DNA from: Candidatus Eiseniibacteriota bacterium
GTDB taxonomy: Bacteria > Eisenbacteria > RBG-16-71-46
Length of the DNA stretch: 64,000 nucleotides
Reading direction: 5' to 3'
NCBI GenBank assembly: GCA_038231135.1
Contig: JBBRLX010000020.1
Location: 1-64,000, forward strand
Shown: in pieces, positions 46,927 through 56,766 of the stretch
Layout of the letters: the number at the start of each line of letters is the position of its first letter
Position numbering within the stretch: position 1 is the first letter of the stretch
Notes under the pieces: model-generated
Told to the model about the DNA's origin: nothing
What the model saw: only the letters and a program-made list of their open reading frames with translations
The model's database searches: none
Position numbers and translations under genes: made by a program

Positions 46927-49314
46927 TCATTCGTGAGCCAGCGCCTCGCGCACGGTGAGCCGCGACGCGCGCCAGGCGGGCTGCAGGCTGCTCACGGTGG
47001 CCAGCACGACGACGAGGCCCAGCCACGCGAGCGCGGGCAGCGGTGACATGTAGAACGCGAGCGGGGCCCGGAAGAACATCCGTCCGCACACCGCCTCGAG
47101 CACCAGGCTCACGGGCGCGGACAGCACCACGGCGCACGCCCAGCTCAGGACGCCGATCGTGACGCCTTCGATCCACACATGCCGCGAGATCGTACGGGGG
47201 CGCGCTCCGATGGCGCTCAGGATCCCGATCTCCCGGGTGCGCTGGACGACGTTGAGCGACAAGGTCGACGCGAGTCCCACCGCGCCGACGAACAGCACGA
47301 TCGCCGACGCCAGCGTCAGCACCGTCAGCAGCACGAGCACGTGGTCGAGCAGCGCCTGCTTCAACTCGCCCGAGCGCTGGATGCCCGCCAGTTCGAGCCC
47401 GGCGGCGGCAAACGTCCGTTCCAGTGCGGCGGATGCCGAGCGCACGGCGGCGTCGTCGTGCGCGCTCGTCACCACACGGATCGTGCGCGCCGTGCCCGGC
47501 ACGGCGTGGATCGCGAGCGCCACGGCCGCGGGGGGCGCGTACGCGACGGGCATCGGGATCAGTTCGTTCACCACGCCCACGATCGGCCATGACACCCGTG
47601 CACCCTTGATGCGCAGCCGCAGCGGCCGGCCGACACCGAGCGACGGGTCCCGGGTCAGCGTCGCCTGGTTGACCACCACGGCGGCGCGATCGGATGCGTT
47701 CAACCAGCGCCCGGCGAGCAGCGGCATCGCGAGCAGCCGGGTCGCGGCGGGCACCCCGCTGATGCCGATCTGGGCGCCCTGCGAGCCATCGTGATTGACC
47801 AGCGTACCGCCGCCCTCCGTCCAGTACTCGGCGCGGGACACGCCGGCGGTTCCGGCGAGCAGCGGTTCCAGCGTCGGGATCGGAGCCGGCGCCGTCAGCG
47901 CCACGGTCAGGTCGTAGCCGCGGGTGCGGAAGTCCTGCTCCACCGCCCGCACCCATGCGCCGGCGACGTTCTGCGCCGCCATGAACAGCGCGCCGCCCAG
48001 CGCCAGCATGCCGACGGTGGTCGCCAGCCGGCCGCGCCTCAGGAACGTGGTGCGCATCGACAGCACGAGCGGCCGGGGCAGCCCCGCGATGCGGGCGAGC
48101 CGCCGCTCCAGGCGCCGCGTGCCGAACGCGCGCGAACCGAAGTCACCGGCCAGCGCCTCGTGCACCGTGATGCGCGCCCCGCCCAGCACGGGGCCGAGCG
48201 CGACCAGCAGCGGCACCAGCACGCCGGCGAGGATCTCGGCGCCCAGCAGCCAGAGCGGGAACGTGGTGTTCGTGACGTGGATATTGAACATGCCCGCCAT
48301 GTAGGCCGCGAACCGGCGCCCGGCGTACATACCGGCCGGCAGTCCGATGGCGAGTGCCGCCGTCGCGAGCAGCAGCACCTGTCCCAGGTAGAGCGCCGCG
48401 ATCTGCGCGGTCCGGGCTCCGATCGCCTTCATGATGCCGACCTGGCGCAACTGCTCCGCCAGCAACCCGTGAATCATCCCGGCCACGAGCACGGCGCTCA
48501 GCACGAAGCCGAGGATGCCGAACGCTCCCAGCAGATAGAGGAACGTCGCCATCTGGTCGGCGTGCGGATGCCGGCCGGGAGGCGGCACGTTCACCCAGGA
48601 CACCTCGACCCCCTGGCGCTCGATCGCGAGTTTGACGCGCGCCGCGACCTCGCGGATGTGCTCCTCGTCGAGCGGGAGGTCGGCCACGACGATCCGGATC
48701 TGCGCCGCCTCGTCACCGGCGCTGCGCCGCAGGGCGGAGTTCCAGCTCACGAACCCCGGCACCATGTGCTCCATCCAGGCCGGCGGCAGGCCTTCCGCGT
48801 GCACCGTGCCCGCGACGCCGAGTCTCACGTCCGTGCCGCCGGCCGTCCGCACCGTGACGGAGTCGCCGTTCCGGGCGTGGGCCACGGACAGAGCCGTCTG
48901 CTCCAGCAGCACGTCGCCGGGACCGGGCGGCCAGGCGCCGTCGTTCGGCTCGAACGTGTCGATCCGCTGCCGGTCGAAGTCGCGAACCACGTAGAACATC
49001 GCCGGCACCCACTGGTCCCGGCCGAGCGCGATGCGGCCCATGATCACCGGCCGCGCCTCGGCGTCCGCCACCCCGGGCACGCGTCGCACGGAGTCGACGA
49101 GCGCATCCGTCACGGAACCGGCCACCAGCACTGCCGACGCGGGCCGGGTGCGCCCGTATGCGCCGCCCAGCGTGCCGCTGAGGATCGAGTAGGCATAGAG
49201 CATGGCGGCGATCTGAAACACCCCGGTCGCCATCGCGAGCGTGGCCAGCAGCGTGCGTCCCGGCCGCTGCTGGATGTCGCGGAACACCTTCCGCCAGCGC
49301 GGGGGGAGCCTCAC
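46927..49314 (-). CDS. FtsX/MacB-type ABC transporter permease (duplicated architecture)
   Basis: Two FtsX motifs, QVGIMKAIGA and REIGILSAIGA. Ends RASRLTVREAL. Confidence 0.9.
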   Translation of the reverse strand: MRLPPRWRKVFRDIQQRPGRTLLATLAMATGVFQIAAMLYAYSILSGTLGGAYGRTRPASAVLVAGSVTDALVDSVRRVPGVADAEARPVIMGRIALGRDQWVPAMFYVVRDFDRQRIDTFEPNDGAWPPGPGDVLLEQTALSVAHARNGDSVTVRTAGGTDVRLGVAGTVHAEGLPPAWMEHMVPGFVSWNSALRRSAGDEAAQIRIVVADLPLDEEHIREVAARVKLAIERQGVEVSWVNVPPPGRHPHADQMATFLYLLGAFGILGFVLSAVLVAGMIHGLLAEQLRQVGIMKAIGARTAQIAALYLGQVLLLATAALAIGLPAGMYAGRRFAAYMAGMFNIHVTNTTFPLWLLGAEILAGVLVPLLVALGPVLGGARITVHEALAGDFGSRAFGTRRLERRLARIAGLPRPLVLSMRTTFLRRGRLATTVGMLALGGALFMAAQNVAGAWVRAVEQDFRTRGYDLTVALTAPAPIPTLEPLLAGTAGVSRAEYWTEGGGTLVNHDGSQGAQIGISGVPAATRLLAMPLLAGRWLNASDRAAVVVNQATLTRDPSLGVGRPLRLRIKGARVSWPIVGVVNELIPMPVAYAPPAAVALAIHAVPGTARTIRVVTSAHDDAAVRSASAALERTFAAAGLELAGIQRSGELKQALLDHVLVLLTVLTLASAIVLFVGAVGLASTLSLNVVQRTREIGILSAIGARPRTISRHVWIEGVTIGVLSWACAVVLSAPVSLVLEAVCGRMFFRAPLAFYMSPLPALAWLGLVVVLATVSSLQPAWRASRLTVREALAHE

Positions 49315-49973
49315 GCGACGCAGCCGTCGACGATCGTCACCGTGCGCCCCGCGCCCGACACCGCTTCGCGCTCGTGGGTCACGACCACGATCGTCTTGCC
49401 GTCCGCGGCCAGCTCGGCGAACAGCCGGAAGATCGCGGCGCTCGTCGCCGAGTCGAGGTTGCCGGTCGGCTCGTCGGCGAGGATGAGCGGCGGGTCGTTG
49501 GCCAGCGCCCGCGCGATCGCGACTCGCTGCTGCTGGCCGCCCGACAGCGCCGACGGCAGCTTGGCCGCCTGTTCGGGCACGCCGACCCGTTCGAGCAGCG
49601 TGCGTGCACGCGCCGCGCGCTCGCGACCCGGAATCGTGCCGCAGAAGTCCATCGGCAGCAGCACGTTCTCGAGCACGGTCAGGGTGGGCAGCAGCTGGAA
49701 GAACTGGAATACGATCCCCACGTTGCGCCCGCGCCAGGCCGCGAGGCGGTCGTGGGACAGGCCCTGGATCGGCGTGCCGCCGATCGTCACGGTGCCCCGC
49801 GACGGCCGGTCGATGCCGGCGAGCATGTTCAGCAACGTGGACTTGCCACTGCCCGATTTGCCGACGATGGCGGCGAACTCGCCGGCTGTGATGTCGAGAT
49901 CGATGCCGCGGAGCGCCGCGAACGGCCCCGCGGGGTTGTCGTAGGTCTTGGTGACGTTCTCGAGTCGGATCAT
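49311..49973 (-). CDS. ABC transporter ATP-binding protein (LolD/MacB type)
   Basis: GKSGSGKST, LSGGQQQRVAIARAL, ADEPTGNLD, VVTH. Confidence 0.95.
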   Translation of the reverse strand: MIRLENVTKTYDNPAGPFAALRGIDLDITAGEFAAIVGKSGSGKSTLLNMLAGIDRPSRGTVTIGGTPIQGLSHDRLAAWRGRNVGIVFQFFQLLPTLTVLENVLLPMDFCGTIPGRERAARARTLLERVGVPEQAAKLPSALSGGQQQRVAIARALANDPPLILADEPTGNLDSATSAAIFRLFAELAADGKTIVVVTHEREAVSGAGRTVTIVDGCVA

Positions 49974-49997
49974 GGCCAGCAGACTAGGCGCGTGCCC

Positions 49998-50036
49998 CTG
50001 AACCCGCTCTGAATGCACCGTTCATGTGCCGTTCAG
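49998..50036. promoter_or_regulatory. Two oppositely oriented 11-bp-period direct-repeat boxes in a divergent promoter
   Basis: CTGAA-N6-CTGAA (49998-50013) and GTTCA-N6-GTTCA (50020-50035) lie between the ABC ATPase and the response regulator. Confidence 0.6.
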
Positions 50037-50075
50037 CCGGGGTTGGGCCATACTCGTGGCGATCGGGGAGGGCAC

Positions 50076-50738
50076 GTGCGCATTCTGGTGGTGGAGGACG
50101 AGCCGCTGCTGTCGCAACAGCTCGTGAGGGCGCTCGGCGACGCCGGCTACGCCGTGGATGCGGCGACCGACGGCGAACAGGCGGAGTTCCTGGCTCAGAC
50201 CGAGCGGTTCGATGCCGTGATCCTCGATCTCGGGCTGCCGAAGCTCGACGGGCTCACGGTGCTGAGGCGCTGGCGGGAGGCGGGACTCGCCATGCCGGTG
50301 CTGGTGCTCACGGCACGCGACAGCTGGCACGAGAAGGTGCAGGGCATCGACGGCGGCGCCGACGATTACGTCGCGAAGCCGTTCCGCATGGAGGAGCTGC
50401 TGGCGAGGCTGCGCGCGCTGCTCCGGCGCGCGAGCGGACAGCTCACGCCGGAGCTGCGGGCGGGGGCGCTGGCACTCGATCCGCGCGCGGCGCGCGTCAC
50501 GCTCGACGGCGTCGCGGTGAAGCTCACGAGCCACGAGTTCCGCGTGCTCTCGTACCTGCTCCATCATCGCGGCCGCGTGGTGTCGCAGTCCGAGCTGACG
50601 GAGCACATCTACTCGCAACCGTTCGACCGCGATTCGAACACCGTCGAAGTGTTCATCGCCCGGCTGCGGCGCAAGCTCGGGGCGGGCACGATCGAGACCG
50701 TGCGTGGCCTCGGCTACCGGATCGGGGCGGAACCGTGA
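50076..50738 (+). CDS. OmpR-family response regulator (PhoP/FeuP-like)
   Basis: ILVVEDE, LDLGLP, ARDSWHEKV, GADDYVAKPF, DRDSNTVEVFIARLRRKL, TVRGLGY. Confidence 0.93.
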   Translation: MRILVVEDEPLLSQQLVRALGDAGYAVDAATDGEQAEFLAQTERFDAVILDLGLPKLDGLTVLRRWREAGLAMPVLVLTARDSWHEKVQGIDGGADDYVAKPFRMEELLARLRALLRRASGQLTPELRAGALALDPRAARVTLDGVAVKLTSHEFRVLSYLLHHRGRVVSQSELTEHIYSQPFDRDSNTVEVFIARLRRKLGAGTIETVRGLGYRIGAEP

Positions 50739-51715
50739 ACGTCCTGCGGTCGCTGCGCTCGCGCGTGCTGGTGGGCTCGCTGCTATGGACTCTCGGTCTG
50801 CTCGCCGCCACACATCTGCTGTGGGTCGCCCTGGCGGGGCGGTATCCGATGGTGTTGCACATGGGCCACGGCGGGGTCGTGTACGTCGCGCTGGCATTCA
50901 TGGCTGCCGGGCTGCTCGGGTTGCAGAGCGGCCTGACGCCGTTCCGGGAGCTGAGCAGGCGCCTCGCCGCGGTGCGGGCGGGCCGCGAGCGCCGGCTCGA
51001 CGGGCGCTATCCGAACGAAGTGCAGCCGCTGGTGACCGAACTCAACGCGCTGCTCGAACAGCGCGATCAGGCGGTGCTGCGCGCGCTCGCCCGGGCAGGC
51101 GATCTCGCGCACGGCCTCAAGACCCCGCTCGCGGTGCTCTACCACGAGGCGGACCAGGTCGAAGCGGCGGGTCATCACGACCTCGCCACGGTGATCCGGC
51201 AGCAGGTCGAGCGCATGCGCCGGCAGGCCGACTATCATCTCGTCATGGCCCGCGCCGCGAGTTCGGGGGCGTCGCCGGCGTCGCGGTCCCAGGTGCTCGA
51301 GTCGGTGGACGGGCTCGTGCGGACGCTGTCACGGTTGCATGCCGGACGCGGCCTCCAGGTGCTGGTGAACGTGCCGCCGGGTCATGTCGTGCGGGGCTCG
51401 CGCGAGGACCTGGACGAGCTGCTCGGCAATCTGCTCGACAACGCGTTCAAGTGGGCCGCGTCGCGCATCACCGTCGCCTCGGCGGAGCACGGCTCGAACG
51501 TGGCGATCACCGTGGACGACGACGGCGCGGGCATCGATCCGTCGCAGTGGGAACGGGTGCTCCAGCGCGGCGTGCGTGCCGACGAAGCCGCCGCCGGCTC
51601 CGGGTTCGGGCTCGCGATCGTGCGGGAGCTGGCCGAGCTGCGCGGCGGCTCGATCGAAATCAGCCGCGCTCCCGACGGCGGCGTGCGTGCCCGGCTGGAG
51701 CTGCCGGCGGCCTAG
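50735..51715 (+). CDS. Sensor histidine kinase (PhoQ/FeuQ-like core) with a very short extracytoplasmic loop
   Basis: Two TM helices, YPNEVQPLVTELNALL, GDLAHGLKTPL, NLLDNAFKWA, DDDGAG, GSGFGL. Confidence 0.9.
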   Translation: MNVLRSLRSRVLVGSLLWTLGLLAATHLLWVALAGRYPMVLHMGHGGVVYVALAFMAAGLLGLQSGLTPFRELSRRLAAVRAGRERRLDGRYPNEVQPLVTELNALLEQRDQAVLRALARAGDLAHGLKTPLAVLYHEADQVEAAGHHDLATVIRQQVERMRRQADYHLVMARAASSGASPASRSQVLESVDGLVRTLSRLHAGRGLQVLVNVPPGHVVRGSREDLDELLGNLLDNAFKWAASRITVASAEHGSNVAITVDDDGAGIDPSQWERVLQRGVRADEAAAGSGFGLAIVRELAELRGGSIEISRAPDGGVRARLELPAA

Positions 51716-51793
51716 GCGCTCACCGGCTGCAGGGGTCCGCGGGCAGCGACGCGCACCGCCGCTCGACGCGTGCGACGGTGCGCGGCCCGCGTG

Positions 51794-53653
51794 CTACTGC
51801 AGCATGACGAACGAGCGGCGCAGGATTCCGCCGGAGGTCGACAGTCGCACGAAATACATGCCCGGCACGGCACCCGCGATGTCGAGCTGGCCCCGGTACT
51901 CACCGGCCTCGAGCGTGCCGTCCAGGTAGCTCTTCACGAGCCGGCCCGCGATGTCATAGACCCCGAGGCTCGCCGGGCCCGACCGCGGCAGGGAAAAGTG
52001 CAGGTTCAACGCGCCGCGGGTGGGATTGGGGCTCAGCGGCGCGAGCGCGAGCGCTCCCGGTGCCGGGATCCCGAACGCCGGATTATTGCTGCCCGGGGTG
52101 GGAGTCTGCTTCACGGCCTCATTGGTCGCCAGCAGCGTCCAGGCGCGCGATTCGTCATTGCGGGTCCCGGTCGCGGGGCACCCGGCACCGTCGACGCCCT
52201 GGGTGTTCAGGGTCTGGCCGGAGTCGGTGTAGTCCGTGAGCTTGCCGTTGACGGTGACGTGCACCACCGGCTGGGTCGACGACACCTCGCTCACGCACAA
52301 CTTCGGATCGCAGCCATAGCAGCCCGCGGGACTGGTGTCGGACCCGTCGAAGTTCTCGAAGGCAGTCTGGGCGAGGATCAAAGTCCTGCCCGGGTCGATC
52401 GAGGTCGCGCTCCACAGCGCGAACTTCCTGGAGCCGATGGTGACGGTCACCGCCACTCCCGACAGCGTGCTCGAGCCGAGGTTGTCGATGCGGATGCAGC
52501 TCGAATCCCAGGCATCCGAGGTGCCGGCGTCGGGCCTGCCGACGAACGTCACGTTGGACGCGCCCAGCCACGGACTGGGCTTGGGACGCGGGTGGCCGGG
52601 GTGGTGGGTGTCGTAGTAACCGGCGTACACCGCGACCGGGCCGACGGACGAGGTCCCGGTGCCCAGCGTGATGTCCGCCGACACCGGCGCCGACGCGTTG
52701 CCGCCGGTGTCGGTTGCGATCAGCGTTACGGTATGGGTGCCCGAGCTCGCGTACGTGTGTGACGCGGAGGCGACGGGCGCGGTCGTCGTCACGGCGGCAG
52801 AGCCGTCGCCGAAGTCGAACCGGTAGGTCTTGATGGGCGTCGCGTCCACGTCGGTCGACCCGGAGCCGTCGGCGATGACCGCCAGCGACGAGGCGCCGGG
52901 TTTCACGGTCAGCTTCGCCACGGGTGCCGCGTCGGCCGGCGTCTGCGTGGTGGTGTAGTCGACGTGAAGCAACGGCGCCTTCGACGACGACTGGTCATAG
53001 GACACCGCGGTGCGGTGCCCGGTGCCGTTCACGATGATCGCGAGGCCGTTGTTCGCGGCCCAGCCCGGGCGGCCGACGATCTCCTGGACGATCGCCTTCA
53101 GATCAGGGGTGCGCTGGGTTGCGGTCACGTCACCGGAACGCCAGCTGGATGGCTTCCAATTCACGGTGGCACTCGTGCGGGAGCGGCCCGAGACGTTCTT
53201 CGAGCTCGAGGTGAACGCCGGCGCGTTGTCGCTCGCCTGGCCGCGGAACACGAGACTCGTCGCCTCGGTCTGCGATTCGGCCGCGAAGAACTGAATGTAG
53301 GCGCCGGTGATTACCGCGCCCTGGGGAATCCCCAGGTTCCGCCAGCGCATGCCGACGATCTGATCGCTGCTGTCGTGGATCAACTGGAGCCGGCTGCTCG
53401 TGAGGCTCATGGACCCGCTGGAGGACTGTTCCGCGTCGTCTGCTGACGCCGCCACTCGCCGTTCGGTGGAGGTCCGGACCGCCGCCGATGCGAGCGGGGA
53501 CGATGCGGCATCCGTGGCGCCCGACTGCGTGCCCGGCTCGGCGGCGGCCGTCGCGGGCGGGGTGACCGTGTTGATCAGGAAGCCAACAGCGAGGGGCGCG
53601 AGGGTGCGGAGGACGCGTCGCGGCACATGGGTGTCCTGAATGGAGCGGTTCAT
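51794..53653 (-). CDS. Secreted multidomain protein with PKD and T9SS-like C-terminal domains
   Basis: Signal peptide. SADDAEQ..VGMRW..IPQGAVITGAYIQF domain, PKD YRFDFGDG..HTY..G, C-terminal SPNP..FSLP..YDIAGRLV..GMYFVRL. Confidence 0.8.
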   Translation of the reverse strand: MNRSIQDTHVPRRVLRTLAPLAVGFLINTVTPPATAAAEPGTQSGATDAASSPLASAAVRTSTERRVAASADDAEQSSSGSMSLTSSRLQLIHDSSDQIVGMRWRNLGIPQGAVITGAYIQFFAAESQTEATSLVFRGQASDNAPAFTSSSKNVSGRSRTSATVNWKPSSWRSGDVTATQRTPDLKAIVQEIVGRPGWAANNGLAIIVNGTGHRTAVSYDQSSSKAPLLHVDYTTTQTPADAAPVAKLTVKPGASSLAVIADGSGSTDVDATPIKTYRFDFGDGSAAVTTTAPVASASHTYASSGTHTVTLIATDTGGNASAPVSADITLGTGTSSVGPVAVYAGYYDTHHPGHPRPKPSPWLGASNVTFVGRPDAGTSDAWDSSCIRIDNLGSSTLSGVAVTVTIGSRKFALWSATSIDPGRTLILAQTAFENFDGSDTSPAGCYGCDPKLCVSEVSSTQPVVHVTVNGKLTDYTDSGQTLNTQGVDGAGCPATGTRNDESRAWTLLATNEAVKQTPTPGSNNPAFGIPAPGALALAPLSPNPTRGALNLHFSLPRSGPASLGVYDIAGRLVKSYLDGTLEAGEYRGQLDIAGAVPGMYFVRLSTSGGILRRSFVMLQ

Positions 53654-53872
53654 CGCGGCCCTTTGCTGGAATGAATTGCCCTGGGTGCGTAACGGGGGTG
53701 AACGATACGGGTCGGCCATCCGTGACCGGAGCTGCCTGACCCATCGCGCGTTCGTATCCTAACCGATCCTGAACGGGAATGTCAGGTTTTTTGCAATCCT
53801 TAGTCCGGGCGCAGGAACTGCCCTATTGTCACGGTGATCTCCGTTCAGTGCCGCACCTACCGGAGGAACCCC

Positions 53873-54934
53873 TTGTCCCTTCCCACCGAGCCGATCGGAA
53901 GCATCCCCCGACCGCTGTCGCTCGTCCGCGCGGTGGCCGACGCCGACGCCATGAACCCGCGGTTCGAAGAGCTATACGAGGCCGCGATCCGCGACACGAT
54001 CGAGCGGTTCGAGGCCACGGGCTCGCCGGTGATCTCGGACGGCGAACAGCGCAAGTACCACAATTTCTGGACGTACTCCGTCCATGCCCTGCCGAACACC
54101 ACGCCCGACGGCTTCAAGATCCCGTTCTCCGCGGGCCACACGCGGCGGATGCCGCGGCTCACGCGCGGCCCGTTTCGCTATGGCCGCACCGCCGATACCT
54201 ATCTCGACGTGGCGCTGCGCTACGCGCACGTGCCCGTCAAGCAGGCGGTGATCTCGCCGTCCGCGTTGAGCCTGATGTATCCCGCGGAGGGCATCGCGGG
54301 CTACTCGCGGGAACAGTTCATCGAAGATCTGCTCCACGAACACGAGACCGAGATCCGCCGCTGTCTTCAGAAGGGCGCGTACAAGGTGCAGGTCGACTTC
54401 ACCGAGGGTCGCCTCGCCATGAAGATCGATCCCACCGGCCATCTGCTCAACAGTTTCATCGATCTCAACAACCTGGCGCTGTCCCGGTTCACGGCGGAGG
54501 AGCGTGAGCGCATCGGTGTTCATACGTGTCCCGGTGGCGACATCGATTCCACGCACAGCGCGGACATCGACTATGCCGAGCTGCTGCCGAGCCTGTTCGA
54601 GCTCAAGGCCGGCAACTTCTATATCGCGCTCGCCGGCGAGCGGGATCGCAAGCATGCGCTGCGTCTCATTCGGGACCACATGAAACCGGATCAGCGGATG
54701 TTCGTCGGAGTCATTTCCCCGATCGACCCGCACGTCGAGACCCAGGAAGAGGTTCGGGATCGTACGCTCGAGGCGGCGGAATACATTCCGGTCGGCCGGC
54801 TCGGCACCACCGACGATTGCGGGTTCTCGCCGTTCAGCGACGACACGTCCACGAGCCGCGACACCGCGTTCGCCAAGATCCGCGCACGGGTGCTGGGTAC
54901 GGCGCTCGCGGCCGAGGTGCTCGGGAGCCGGTGA
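53873..54934 (+). CDS. Cobalamin-independent methionine synthase catalytic-domain (MetE C-terminal-like) protein
   Basis: GGAGG RBS and TTG start. PTEPIGSIPRP, ISDGEQRK, VKQAVISP, GVHTCPGG, TDDCGF. Single barrel of about 353 aa. Confidence 0.85.
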   Translation: MSLPTEPIGSIPRPLSLVRAVADADAMNPRFEELYEAAIRDTIERFEATGSPVISDGEQRKYHNFWTYSVHALPNTTPDGFKIPFSAGHTRRMPRLTRGPFRYGRTADTYLDVALRYAHVPVKQAVISPSALSLMYPAEGIAGYSREQFIEDLLHEHETEIRRCLQKGAYKVQVDFTEGRLAMKIDPTGHLLNSFIDLNNLALSRFTAEERERIGVHTCPGGDIDSTHSADIDYAELLPSLFELKAGNFYIALAGERDRKHALRLIRDHMKPDQRMFVGVISPIDPHVETQEEVRDRTLEAAEYIPVGRLGTTDDCGFSPFSDDTSTSRDTAFAKIRARVLGTALAAEVLGSR

Positions 54935-56658
54935 TGGAACGGGACGATCGCGAGGAGGACCAGCTGCGGTCGGTGGCCATCCAGAATGCCAACAGCATCC
55001 TGGTGGCGCGGCAGCGCGCCGAACAGCAGTTGCTCGAAGCCAAGCAGGCGCTCGAGATCCGGACCGCGGAGCTGGCCCGCTCGCTGTCGATGATGCGCGC
55101 CACCCTCGAATCCACGACCGACGGAATCCTGGTCACCGATCAGGCCGGCGGGGTCACGAGTTTCAACGAGAACTACCTGAAGATGTGGGGCGTGTCGCGC
55201 GAGCTCGCGGAGGCCGGCCATCACGGCCTGGCTCAGGCGCAGGGCCGGCGCTTCCTCGAGCCCGCACCGTACTTCGCGAGGATCGCCCAGATCTACGAAT
55301 CGGCGCTGTCCGAGAGCCACGACGTGCTGACGCTGTCGGACGGCCAGGTGATCGAGCGGTTCTCGAAGGTGCAGTTCGTCGAGCAGCGGGACGTCGGGCG
55401 CGTGTGGATCTTCCGGGACATCACCCAGAGCCGGCGGGCGGAGCAGGAGCGGCTCCGGCTCCTCGATCGCGAGCGGGCGGCCCGCGCGGACGCCGAGCGG
55501 GCGAGCGAGATGAAGGACGAGTTCCTCGCCACGCTGTCGCACGAGTTGCGGACGCCGCTGAGCGCGATCCTCGGCTGGTCGGTGGTGCTGCGCCAGAACA
55601 TCGACGACGACAAGATCCTGCACGGACTCGAGGCCATCGAGCGCAGCGCCCGCATCCAGACCCAGCTCATCGAGGACCTGCTCGACATGAGCCGGATCAC
55701 GGCGGGCACGATGCGGCTCGACGTGCAGCCTGCCGATCCCGCGCTGTTCATCGAGGCCGCGCTCGAAACGGTGCGGCCCGCCGCCGACGCCAAGGGCATC
55801 CGCCTCGACAAGCGCATCGACCCCGGAGCGGGGCCGATCTCGGGGGATCCGGCGCGGCTGCAGCAGGTCATGTGGAACCTGTTGTCGAACGCGATCAAGT
55901 TCACGCCCCGCAACGGCCGGATCCAGGTGATCCTCGAACGCGTCAACTCGCACATCGAGATCAGCGTCGCCGACACCGGCATCGGCATCGAACCTGACTT
56001 CCTGCCGCGGGTGTTCGACCGGTTCCGGCAGGCGGACGCCACCATCACCCGCAGCTTTGGCGGGCTGGGACTCGGGCTCGCGATCGTGAAGAATCTGGTC
56101 GAGTTGCACGGGGGCACCGTGCGCGTGAGCAGCGGGGGCCAGGACCTGGGGACGACGTTCACGGTGCAGCTTCCGCTCGCCATCGTCCACCGCGACCTCT
56201 ACGGCGACTCCCGGCGCCATCCAAGCACGCCCAAGGACGCCGCGCTCGGGTTCACGCCGGTGGATCTCGCGGGGTGCACCGTGCTCGTCGTGGACGATGA
56301 ATCCGACGCCCGTAACCTGATGCGCGTCGTGCTCGAGGGCTGCGGCGCGCGCGTGATCTCGGCAGGCACGGCCGTGGAGGCGCTGGCGCGCCTCGAACAC
56401 GAGACGCCCGATGTCCTCGTCAGCGACATCGGGATGCCCGCAATGGACGGCTACGAGTTGATCCGGCGCGTGCGCGAGCTGGGGCATGAGCGCAACGCGA
56501 AGCTGCCCGCGATCGCGCTGACGGCGTTCGCCCGCACCGAGGACCGCACGCGGGCGCTGCGCGCGGGATATCTGGTGCACATGGCAAAACCTGTCGAGCC
56601 GTCCGAGCTCGTCGCCACGATCGCGAACATCTTCCGCCGGCCGACGGGCGCGGCGTAG
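54934..56658 (+). CDS. Cytoplasmic hybrid histidine kinase (coiled-coil, PAS, HisKA, HATPase, REC)
   Basis: TGATG overlap. LESTTDGILVTD..FRDIT, FLATLSHELRTPL, NLLSNAIKFT, GGLGLGL, VLVVDDE, SDIGMP, KP. Confidence 0.93.
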   Translation: MERDDREEDQLRSVAIQNANSILVARQRAEQQLLEAKQALEIRTAELARSLSMMRATLESTTDGILVTDQAGGVTSFNENYLKMWGVSRELAEAGHHGLAQAQGRRFLEPAPYFARIAQIYESALSESHDVLTLSDGQVIERFSKVQFVEQRDVGRVWIFRDITQSRRAEQERLRLLDRERAARADAERASEMKDEFLATLSHELRTPLSAILGWSVVLRQNIDDDKILHGLEAIERSARIQTQLIEDLLDMSRITAGTMRLDVQPADPALFIEAALETVRPAADAKGIRLDKRIDPGAGPISGDPARLQQVMWNLLSNAIKFTPRNGRIQVILERVNSHIEISVADTGIGIEPDFLPRVFDRFRQADATITRSFGGLGLGLAIVKNLVELHGGTVRVSSGGQDLGTTFTVQLPLAIVHRDLYGDSRRHPSTPKDAALGFTPVDLAGCTVLVVDDESDARNLMRVVLEGCGARVISAGTAVEALARLEHETPDVLVSDIGMPAMDGYELIRRVRELGHERNAKLPAIALTAFARTEDRTRALRAGYLVHMAKPVEPSELVATIANIFRRPTGAA

Positions 56659-56709
56659 CACGACGGGCTTGGGGCCGCGGTCCCGATACCGGGGGCCGGC
56701 GCGCCGCGC

Positions 56710-56749
56710 AAAAACACGAGGCTCCCTCCATTCGTGGAGGGAGCCTCGT
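56710..56749 (-). terminator. Rho-independent terminator
   Basis: ACGAGGCTCCCTCCA-TTCG-TGGAGGGAGCCTCGT, a 15-bp stem. The A-tract on its left gives a U-tract for the minus-strand cytochrome gene. Confidence 0.8.
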
Positions 56750-56766
56750 CGTGCCCGCCCGGGTTC

